Source of the DNA: Candidatus Sericytochromatia bacterium
Lineage (GTDB): Bacteria > Cyanobacteriota > Sericytochromatia > S15B-MN24 > UBA4093
DNA: 23,218 nt
NCBI GenBank assembly: GCA_036676495.1
Contig: JAKFCT010000043.1
Coordinates: forward strand, 1 to 23,218
Direction: 5' to 3'
A program made the translations under genes and the position numbers. Shown here piece after piece: positions 1-7,041 of this stretch. Below the pieces are notes generated by a model. That model was given only the letters and a program-made list of their open reading frames with translations. It was not told where the DNA came from and ran no database searches. Positions within the stretch are counted from its first letter, which is position 1, and the number at the start of each line of letters is the position of its first letter.

Positions 1-142
1 TCTACCGGAAGGGCCCGTGCCCCGGGCCACGGCTCTCATCTTCTTTACCATTGGCCTGGGGACGGCCTTTAGGACGACGCGGCGGGCCCCCAGACCTCGG
101 GACCCGCCGCTCCTTTTCCAAGTTGATCGCTCGATTCGTGGG

Positions 143-162
143 CTTTTTCAGCAGCCTATTAG
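143..162. mobile_element. Possible terminal inverted repeat of an IS5/IS1182-like element or MITE extending off the left edge
   Basis: CTTTTTCAGCAGCCTATTAG resembles the TTTTTCA(G/A)CAGCCT..TAG ends I associate with IS5/IS1182-type elements. No transposase or partner repeat is visible in the window. Confidence 0.3.
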
Positions 163-173
163 CGCGCCGCATG

Positions 174-207
174 CGCCAGGGCCCCCTCGTCCGAGGGGGC
201 CCTGGCG
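174..207 (-). terminator. GC-rich hairpin downstream of the 226..1587 gene
   Basis: Arms CGCCAGGGCCCCCTCG and CGAGGGGGCCCTGGCG are perfectly complementary, about 20 nt past the stop. No U-tract. Confidence 0.65.
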
Positions 208-225
208 TGTGGTTCGGAGACCGGA

Positions 226-1587
226 TTAGAGCTTGTCGAAGAGCTTGCCCATCTCCTCGAGCTTCTGAGCGAACTGACTCGCGTCCATGCCCGCGAGCTG
301 GCGGAGCTGCTTGTCCAGCTGATCGACGATGGCCGCCTTCTCCTGGCGCTCTGCCGCCGAGAGGGAAGGATCGGGACGGAAGGAGGTCATCCGGCTGAAG
401 AAATCGGCGACGCCCCCGAAGGTATGGTTCAGTTGCGCCAACTGCGCGTCGACCTGTTTCTGCGTCTGCGGATCCGCCGCCAGGCTCTGGCGCAGGACGT
501 GGTCCATCCGATCGAGCAGCTTGCTCTGGAGGTTCGCCCCGTTGAGCATGGCATTGTACTGGTTCATCGAGAGCGGATCCTGGTTGACGTCGATGCCTGG
601 TTGGCGCGCCTGGTTCATCATGTGGGTGAAGCGGACCTGGCCTTCCGTCAGCGACGCGCCATCCATGCCGGGGACCTCGCGCACGACCCGGCCGATATCC
701 TTCAGCGCCGTGTTCAGGCGAGCGCCCTCCTCGGCCGAGAGCTTGTTCGGGATCTTGAAGTTCTCGATATCCTTGCGCATGCCCGAGACGATGCCTAGCG
801 TGCGGCCTAGCTGGCCGAGTTGCGCCTCGATCTGCCTCGAGGTGGTCGCGTCGGCGCCGTCTTTCTGGCCCTCGAGTGCCTTGATCCGCTCCGAGAGCTT
901 GGTCTCGATGTTTTCGAGATCGATCAAGGCGTTCTGGCGGCTCTGGAAGGCTTCCGCCTGGGGAGTGCCGGCAGGGTAGTAACGGACATTGTCCGCCAGC
1001 CGCTCGCGGCCGCTCGCATCCGGCCAGTCGACCTTGGCGTCGTAGCCGAGGCCCATCATCTGGTAGAACTTCTTCACCTGGTAATCGGGCATGGCGGCGA
1101 GCTGCTCGCGGCTGACCTGGGTGCCGGTGTCGGCCCAGACCGGCGATCCGTCCTGCATCTTCCAGAGCTGGCCATCGACCTTGTTATGGCCGAAGTTGAG
1201 CTCCTCGCCGCGGGCGATCTTCTCGGCGGCGAGATCGACCCGGGTCTTGCCCGTGTCGACGGGAACCTTCGGCCCGGTCTTCACGCCGATTCCCTCGGCC
1301 GCGTCGAGACCGTCGACCGACTTGAACCAGTCGCCCAGGAAGGCGTCGAAATCCTCGAGGATCACCTTCGCATCGCCGAACGCGGAGAGGTCGACGGCCG
1401 AGCTCAAGACATCCTTGGCGTAGCGCTTGTACTCATCCTGGGAGATCCGGCCATTACCATCCGCGTCGGCTTTTTTGACGTTCTCGGCGTAGCCCGCCTT
1501 GCTCGCGTCCGTGACGTTCAGGCCCGCGATGCGCTGAGTCAGGCTGTTCACCTTTGAGACGTTCTGGGAATTGATATCAAGCGACAT
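226..1587 (-). CDS. Hypothetical protein (453 aa) with an N-terminal EF-hand motif and coiled-coil segments
   Basis: Long ORF with GC3-biased codons. RBS AAAGGA before ATG. EF-hand loop DADGNGRISQDE. Heptad-like region LIDLENIETKLSERIKALE. No hydrophobic signal peptide. Confidence 0.85.
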   Translation of the reverse strand: MSLDINSQNVSKVNSLTQRIAGLNVTDASKAGYAENVKKADADGNGRISQDEYKRYAKDVLSSAVDLSAFGDAKVILEDFDAFLGDWFKSVDGLDAAEGIGVKTGPKVPVDTGKTRVDLAAEKIARGEELNFGHNKVDGQLWKMQDGSPVWADTGTQVSREQLAAMPDYQVKKFYQMMGLGYDAKVDWPDASGRERLADNVRYYPAGTPQAEAFQSRQNALIDLENIETKLSERIKALEGQKDGADATTSRQIEAQLGQLGRTLGIVSGMRKDIENFKIPNKLSAEEGARLNTALKDIGRVVREVPGMDGASLTEGQVRFTHMMNQARQPGIDVNQDPLSMNQYNAMLNGANLQSKLLDRMDHVLRQSLAADPQTQKQVDAQLAQLNHTFGGVADFFSRMTSFRPDPSLSAAERQEKAAIVDQLDKQLRQLAGMDASQFAQKLEEMGKLFDKL

Positions 1588-1629
1588 CTGGAGTCCTTTC
1601 TGGGCGACGATGGGATGCGTTTATTAAGA

Positions 1630-1694
1630 GTATCCCCCCTCCCCGGCGCAGACTTGATAAAAGGCCTATTAACCCGTATTAAATGATCGTTAGG
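1630..1694 (-). promoter_or_regulatory. Periodic TTAA half-sites plus a sigma28-like element (template copy A)
   Basis: Minus strand reads CCTAACgatcaTTTAATacggGTTAATaggccTTTTATCAAG-N15-GGGGATAC and aligns without gaps to 21827..21891. Confidence 0.55.
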
Positions 1695-1801
1695 TCTTCC
1701 GCCGGGCGGCCGCGGCGTGGCTCCGCCCGATGCCCCGGCGCTTGAATCCATGGCCCGTCAGCGCTAAGATCGACGTTCGAGCCGCAACGAAAGGAGCCCC
1801 C

Positions 1802-2101
1802 ATGGCCTTCGACGACCTGAAGACCCTCGAGGACGTGCAGCGCTACCTGACGGAGCGCCGGCAGGTGATGCCGCACAGCGCCTGGACCGAGCTGGTCCGG
1901 GAAGTTGCCGAGGAGATGGCCAGCCGGGTCCAGCTCCCCACCGATCAGATCATGCAGCGGATCGGGGTCTTCAAGCGGGCCACCGACACCCTGCCGCCGC
2001 TGCCCCCCAAGTCCCAGAAGGCCCGCGAGACCGGTTGGCTGGTCCTTGACGGCGGCCAAGGCGGCGAACAGCCCCAGGGCCCCCAGGGGGAAGACGCCTG
2101 A
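1802..2101 (+). CDS. Hypothetical protein (99 aa)
   Basis: RBS AAGGAG before ATG at 1802, typical codon bias, helical amphipathic sequence. Its TGA overlaps the proposed MFS start. Confidence 0.8.
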   Translation: MAFDDLKTLEDVQRYLTERRQVMPHSAWTELVREVAEEMASRVQLPTDQIMQRIGVFKRATDTLPPLPPKSQKARETGWLVLDGGQGGEQPQGPQGEDA

Positions 2102-3270
2102 TCCCCTCGGGCGATCGCCCCGTCGTACCCCCCCTTTTCACCCGAGACTTCCTGCTCGCGAGCCTCGCCGCCTTCACGGGCTTCGGCTCGATGTACCTCC
2201 TGCTCGCCACGCTGCCCCTCTATGTCCTCGAGCTCGGAGGGCGGAACACGGACGTCGGGCTGGTCATGGCGATCTACACCCTCGCCGCCGTCCTCGCCAG
2301 GCCCTTCCTGGGCCGCGCCCTGCGCGGAGGGCGCCGGCCGATGATGATCGCAGGCGCGCTGGGGATGGCCGCCTCCATTGGGCTCTACCTGATCCCCTGG
2401 GGGCTCGCCGGCTTCTTCGGAGCCCGAGCGCTCCATGGCCTGGTCTGGGCGGCCTGGACCACGGCCGCGGCCACCTACGTCACGGATATCGCCCCGCCCC
2501 AGCGGCGCGGGGAAGCGATGGGCGCCTACGGCATCTCCTTCAACCTCGCCATGGTCGTCACTCCGGGCATCGGACTGGCCCTGATTGCGGCGGGCTGGCC
2601 CTGGCTCTTTGCTGCGGCGGCCCTGCTCGCCCTGATGACCGCAGGACTTTCCGCCATGCTCCCCGAAAGCCCGGGGCATGGCTCCGGCGAGCGCGTCCCC
2701 CTGATCAGCAAGGAGGCCCTGCTGCCCGCCACGATCATGGGCCTCTTCGCGCTGAGCTACGGGGGACTGGTGAGCTTCGTGCCGATCTTCGCTCCCGAGC
2801 GGGACCTGCCGGGGGCGGGCTGGTTCTTCGCGGCCTATGCGATCGCCCTCATGGTTTCCCGGCAAGCGGCAGGCAAGCTCTCGGATCGCTTCGGGCGCAA
2901 GCTCATGGTCGTGCCGGGTCTGCTCGCGGCGGCGCTGTCCCTCTTGTTGCTCGCCTTCACCCCCTCCGCCGCGGGTTTCCTGGGATCCGCGGCGCTGTAC
3001 GGCCTGGCCTTCGCCATGATCCAGCCGGCCCTGATGGCGCTCGCCATCGACCGGGCGGGTTCGGAGTCCCCGGGCCAGCGCGGGGCCGCCATGGCGACCT
3101 TCTCGCTGGCCATGGACCTCGGGATCGGCCTGGGATCCTTCGGGCTGGGACTGGTCGCGAGCGCCGTCGGGATCCCCGCCATGTTCGGCTTCAGCGCCGC
3201 CCTCTGCGCGGGAGCGATCGCGATTTTCGCCCTTGAAGCAAAAAAGCCTTCCGGAGGAGTTGCACGGTAA
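2098..3270 (+). CDS. MFS transporter (about 390 aa; proposed CTG start)
   Basis: Multiple hydrophobic helices. Motif A-like GKLSDRFGRK and DIAPPQRRGEAMG. The in-frame LFTRDFLLASLAAFTGFGS segment upstream of ATG 2191 completes TM1. Confidence 0.9.
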   Translation: MIPSGDRPVVPPLFTRDFLLASLAAFTGFGSMYLLLATLPLYVLELGGRNTDVGLVMAIYTLAAVLARPFLGRALRGGRRPMMIAGALGMAASIGLYLIPWGLAGFFGARALHGLVWAAWTTAAATYVTDIAPPQRRGEAMGAYGISFNLAMVVTPGIGLALIAAGWPWLFAAAALLALMTAGLSAMLPESPGHGSGERVPLISKEALLPATIMGLFALSYGGLVSFVPIFAPERDLPGAGWFFAAYAIALMVSRQAAGKLSDRFGRKLMVVPGLLAAALSLLLLAFTPSAAGFLGSAALYGLAFAMIQPALMALAIDRAGSESPGQRGAAMATFSLAMDLGIGLGSFGLGLVASAVGIPAMFGFSAALCAGAIAIFALEAKKPSGGVAR

Positions 3271-3288
3271 AATCGGCTGTGATACTAT
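3260..3288 (+). promoter_or_regulatory. Sigma70 promoter of the tRNA pair
   Basis: TTGCAC-17 nt-TACTAT with an extended -10 TG. The -35 lies inside the last MFS codons. Confidence 0.75.
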
Positions 3289-3315
3289 CGGTATCTGCGT
3301 TAGAACACAGCGCAC

Positions 3316-3388
3316 GCCCACGTAGCTCAGTCGGTAGAGCACGTCCTTGGTAAGGACGAGGTCGTCAGTTCAATCCTGATCGTGGGCT
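3316..3388 (+). tRNA. trnT: tRNA-Thr(GGT)
   Basis: Acceptor stem GCCCACG/CGTGGGC, D arm AGCTCAGTCGGTAGAGC, anticodon arm around TTGGTAA, T loop GTTCAATC. CCA not encoded. Confidence 0.97.
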
Positions 3389-3395
3389 CTTTCCT

Positions 3396-3477
3396 GGGGG
3401 GATTCCCGAGTGGCCAAAGGGGACTGACTGTAAATCAGTTGGCACTGCCTTCGAAGGTTCGAATCCTTCTCCCCCCA
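3396..3477 (+). tRNA. trnY: tRNA-Tyr(GTA)
   Basis: Acceptor stem GGGGGGA/TCCCCCC, anticodon arm ACTGA-CTGTAAA-TCAGT, long variable arm, T loop GGTTCGAATCC. CCA not encoded. Confidence 0.97.
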
Positions 3478-3479
3478 CT

Positions 3480-3503
3480 GCCTCGCTCGTCGAGGCTTTT
3501 TTT
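3480..3503 (+). terminator. Rho-independent terminator of the tRNA pair
   Basis: GCCTCG-ctcgt-CGAGGC followed by T7. Confidence 0.85.
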
Positions 3504-3538
3504 CTGCCCATTTTCCCGCCGATGCCCTGGAGCCCGCC

Positions 3539-3850
3539 ATGAACCCCGTGCGATCGCTTTCCTTCCCCAAGCTGACCGGCCTCCAGCCCACGCTGGAATC
3601 GACCGCCCTCAAGCTCATGGAAGAGACGGGCGAGCTGGCCCAGGCGATCGGCAAGCACCGGGGCCTCTCCGGCGAGGCGACGATCTTGACGGAATCATCG
3701 AGCCTCCAGCGCATCGCCGAGGAGTTGCTGGACGTCGCCCAGACGGCCGCCACCATGATGTACGTGCTCGAAGAGCGCCACGGCGTGGATCTCTCCATGC
3801 TCCTGGAGGCCCACGTCGCCAAGCTCAAGCTGAAGGGCTACCTCAAGTAA
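3539..3850 (+). CDS. MazG-like nucleotide pyrophosphohydrolase (single domain)
   Basis: Acidic motifs KLMEETGELAQAI and IAEELLDVAQ of the all-alpha NTP-PPase superfamily. Confidence 0.85.
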   Translation: MNPVRSLSFPKLTGLQPTLESTALKLMEETGELAQAIGKHRGLSGEATILTESSSLQRIAEELLDVAQTAATMMYVLEERHGVDLSMLLEAHVAKLKLKGYLK

Positions 3851-3865
3851 CGACTCGACACCTCC

Positions 3866-3909
3866 ATAAAGCTCGAAGGGCGCGGAAATCCGCGCCCTTC
3901 GAGCTTTAT
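3866..3909. terminator. Bidirectional terminator with a 20-bp perfect stem
   Basis: ATAAAGCTCGAAGGGCGCGG-aaat-CCGCGCCCTTCGAGCTTTAT between convergent genes. Confidence 0.85.
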
Positions 3910-3924
3910 TCAGGGTGAATGGGT

Positions 3925-5361
3925 TTAGAGCAGGGCCTTGGCGAGGTTGATCCGTCCGAAGCCGTACTTGGCATCGCGGCCTGCGGAGCCCTTGTCGTCG
4001 ACGGCGCTCTGGATGCGGGCCCGGACCATCTGGTTGGTCCAGCTGGGGTACTTGGCGAAGAGGAGGGCCGCTTCCGCCGCCACCATCGGGCAGGCCATCG
4101 AGGTGCCGCTGAGCTTGCCGTAGCCGGTCGCGCCGGTCTGGTTGGGGTTCATCGGGACCGTCGACCAGATGCCGCCGCCGGGGGCCGCGACCTCGATCTT
4201 GGTGCCGCGGTTCGAGAACCAGGACAGGTACTCCCAGAAGAGGAACTTGGAGGTGGAGCTGACGGCGAGCGCGCCGGGGTCGTTGGCGGGCGAGCCCACT
4301 CCGCCGCGGTTGTTGCCGGCGGCGGCGACGACCAGGCTACCCTTGGCGTTGGCGTAGGCGATGGCCGTGGTCAGGGCCGGGTCGATCTCGGTGTCGGGCG
4401 AGCCGAGGCTCATGTTGATGACCTTGGCGCCCATGTCGGCGGCGTACTGGATGCCCTTCATCACGGCAGCCGTCGAGCCCTGGCCGTTGTCGCCGAGCAC
4501 CTTGACCGCGAGCAGGTTGACGTTCCAGGCGAGGCCGGCGATGCCGATGCCGTTGTTGCCCTTGGCGCCGATGATGCCCGCCACGTGGGTGCCGTGACCG
4601 AAGCGGTCCATCACGTCGAGCGAGTTGTCGACGAAGTTGTAACCCTTGATGACCCGGCCTTCCAGCTCGGGGTGGGTGTAGTCGATGCCGGTGTCGAGCA
4701 CGGCGACGGTGATCTTGGAGGCGTCGATCTTCTGGTCCCAGGCCGCTTCGGGCTTGATCTTGTCGTAGGCCCACTGATCGTCGAAGGAGGGGTCGTTGGG
4801 GGTGAGGGCCACGCCGTAGACGCGGTTCTCGCCCACCGAGTTGACGGCGGGGTGATCGGCGTAGAGGCGCTTGCCCTCCTCGAGGCTCATGCCCGAGGGA
4901 AGCTGGATGACCGCGAACTGCTTGCCGACGCTGATGGTCTGGACCATCTGGCCGCCGGAGGCGGTGGTGAAGCCGCGAACCGAGCTCTGAAGCTGGCTGC
5001 CGGGCTTCAGCTCGAGGATCAGCTGGTTGGAGATGGACTTGGGCTGGCTGAGCGCGAAGTTGGCTCCTTCGGCGGCGGCGCCGATCGGAGCATCCTCGTC
5101 GAGGCCCATGCCCTGCTGGAGACCGTTGACGTCGGCGAGCGAGCCCGAGACCACCTGGTTGGTCGGCGAGAGGATCTCCCCGAACTGCTTCTGGGTGGGC
5201 TGCTGAGCCGGGTTCTGGACCGGCTGCTGGAGCGGCTGCTGCGTGCGCGGCTGGGCCGTGGGCACGTAAGCCTGGCTGGGGCCGTAGGGTTTGCCGCAAC
5301 CGAGAAGCGTGGCGGTGCAGGTGAAGGCGATGAGCCAACGAACCGGTCGACGGATTTCCAT
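3925..5361 (-). CDS. Subtilisin-like S8 serine protease, lipoprotein
   Basis: Catalytic triad motifs VAVLDTGID, GHGTHVAG and GTSMACP; oxyanion motif AAAGN; lipobox LLGC; propeptide region. RBS GGAGGTG before ATG 5361. Confidence 0.95.
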   Translation of the reverse strand: MEIRRPVRWLIAFTCTATLLGCGKPYGPSQAYVPTAQPRTQQPLQQPVQNPAQQPTQKQFGEILSPTNQVVSGSLADVNGLQQGMGLDEDAPIGAAAEGANFALSQPKSISNQLILELKPGSQLQSSVRGFTTASGGQMVQTISVGKQFAVIQLPSGMSLEEGKRLYADHPAVNSVGENRVYGVALTPNDPSFDDQWAYDKIKPEAAWDQKIDASKITVAVLDTGIDYTHPELEGRVIKGYNFVDNSLDVMDRFGHGTHVAGIIGAKGNNGIGIAGLAWNVNLLAVKVLGDNGQGSTAAVMKGIQYAADMGAKVINMSLGSPDTEIDPALTTAIAYANAKGSLVVAAAGNNRGGVGSPANDPGALAVSSTSKFLFWEYLSWFSNRGTKIEVAAPGGGIWSTVPMNPNQTGATGYGKLSGTSMACPMVAAEAALLFAKYPSWTNQMVRARIQSAVDDKGSAGRDAKYGFGRINLAKALL

Positions 5362-5401
5362 TCCCACCTCCAACAACTTTGCAGCAAACGACGTTACTGA
5401 G

Positions 5402-5466
5402 TTGTCGTCGGATCGGGGCGCGGGTTGCCCAAGAAGCCGGTAAGCTTCGGAGAAGCTTGGGTTAAC
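5402..5466 (-). promoter_or_regulatory. 11-bp-periodic half-sites plus a sigma28-like element (template copy B)
   Basis: Minus strand reads GTTAACCCaagCTTCTCCGaagCTTACCGGcttCTTgggCAAC-N14-GACGACAA, with TT at an exact 11-bp period. Confidence 0.45.
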
Positions 5467-5481
5467 CCGCGGGTCGGGAAA

Positions 5482-6492
5482 TCAGACGTCGAGCACGATC
5501 TTGCCGAAGTGGCTGCCGCTCGCCTGGTAGCGGAAGGCCTCGGCGATTTGCTCCAGGGGGAAGTGGCGGTCGATCACGGGCCGCAGCCCCGAGGTCTCGA
5601 GGGCGCGGATCATGTCCTGCTGCTGGCGGCGGCTGCCGACCAGGAGGGCTTGAAGGCGAAGCTGGCGCGACAGGGCCAGACCCAGCGAAAGCCGGCTCTC
5701 GGCGCCGGTCAGGACGCCGATCACGGCGATGTGGCCGCCGACCCGCGTGGCGATCATGGACTGCATCAAGGTCTCGGGGCCTCCCACCTCGATGACGTGA
5801 TCGACGCCGCGCCCGCCGGTCAATTCCTTGACGTGCGGGCCCCAGTCGGGGTGCTGGCGGTAGTTGATCGTCTCGTCGGCCCCCAGCTCCTTGAGCCGGG
5901 CCAGCTTGGCATCACTCGACGAGGTCGCGATGACCCTTGCGCCCGCCAGCTTGGCGAACTGCAAGGCGAAAATCGAGACGCCGCCCGTCCCCAGCACGAG
6001 CACGGTCTCTCCGGGCTTGAGAGGGCCCTCCTCGAAGAGGGCGCGCCAGGCGGTGAGCCCCGCGGTGGTCAGCGTCGCCGCCTCCGCATGGGAGTACCCG
6101 CGCGGAGCGCGCGTGAAGGCCTGGGCCGGCATGGTCACCTGCTCGCGGGCGAAGCCGTCGATGCCGTCCCCGGGCGTCCGCCGGAAGCCCGCGGCCTGCG
6201 GCACGCCGTCCAGCCAGTCCGGGAAGAAGGTGCTCACCACGGGATCCCCCACGGCGAACTCACTCACGCCCGCTCCCACCGCGATCACCTCGCCGGCGCC
6301 GTCGGACATCGGGATGCGCGTCTCCTTGGGGCCCATGGTGCCGCTGACCACTCCCAGGTCGTGGAAGTTGAGCGAGCTGGCGCGCACGCGCACGACGACC
6401 TCTCCCGGCCCCGGATCTCGCGGTTCGGAGGTCCCGAGCACGAGCTTGGATAGGCCGCCCCCGGCGGGGACGTAGACGGTCTTGATGGACAT
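5482..6492 (-). CDS. MDR-superfamily NAD(P)-dependent oxidoreductase (zinc-type ADH-like / quinone reductase)
   Basis: ASSLNFHD, PMSDGAGEV, Rossmann motif VLVLGTGGVSIFALQFAK, C-terminal HFGKIVL. RBS GGAGGTG before ATG 6492. Confidence 0.93.
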   Translation of the reverse strand: MSIKTVYVPAGGGLSKLVLGTSEPRDPGPGEVVVRVRASSLNFHDLGVVSGTMGPKETRIPMSDGAGEVIAVGAGVSEFAVGDPVVSTFFPDWLDGVPQAAGFRRTPGDGIDGFAREQVTMPAQAFTRAPRGYSHAEAATLTTAGLTAWRALFEEGPLKPGETVLVLGTGGVSIFALQFAKLAGARVIATSSSDAKLARLKELGADETINYRQHPDWGPHVKELTGGRGVDHVIEVGGPETLMQSMIATRVGGHIAVIGVLTGAESRLSLGLALSRQLRLQALLVGSRRQQQDMIRALETSGLRPVIDRHFPLEQIAEAFRYQASGSHFGKIVLDV

Positions 6493-6655
6493 GAGGGGCA
6501 CCTCCAAAAAGAACGGGCCGGACGCCCCCATCCTACGACAGAGGCGCGGGCCCGTCCTGAGCGGGAAACGCCGGAATTATTCGTGGCGAGCCAAAACATC
6601 TGCAAGCCTGACGGAAATCTATCACAGCATCCGTAACGCAATGTGTGTCATGCTG

Positions 6656-6685
6656 AAAACCTGAGCGCAAAACCTGAAATCCTGA
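6656..6685 (+). repeat. Clustered AAA(A/T)CCTGA direct repeats in a divergent intergenic region
   Basis: AAAACCTGA at 6656 and 6669, AAATCCTGA at 6677. Additional CCTGA at 6556, 6607 and 6816. Confidence 0.5.
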
Positions 6686-7041
6686 CCCACCCCTTGGCGA
6701 CCGACCGTCAGAACAGGGACCGCGCCACGATTGCAGCCCCCCGGGACTCCGAATGCCCATGTAACGAATCACGAACAAGCAAACTATTTATTGCCTCTTG
6801 CTACGCCACCTCGGTCCTGATCCTAAAATCAAGTAAGTGACTGGGGGCACGACAGGCTGATCGCCAGGACTTCGGGGCCGCTCGCCGACCCTGCAATCCT
6901 GCGAAGCTGGCCCGGGCGCTCAGCCACGCCGCCCCACCGTCACGCGACCGCATGCGAGAAACCACCTTGGAGGGTCGAATGAATCGCCGCACCGCCATCG
7001 CGCAGGATCCGTCTTCCGCTGCTGACGTCGTTCGAGGGACC

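Noticed and set aside
1-51. Start of a minus-strand gene running off the left edge (MVKKMRAVARG...)
   Set aside because: Too short to evaluate, and no convincing RBS.
3316-3850. tRNA-anchored genomic island or prophage (MazG-like gene right after tRNA-Tyr)
   Set aside because: No integrase, no duplicated tRNA 3' end that I could find, and no phage genes.
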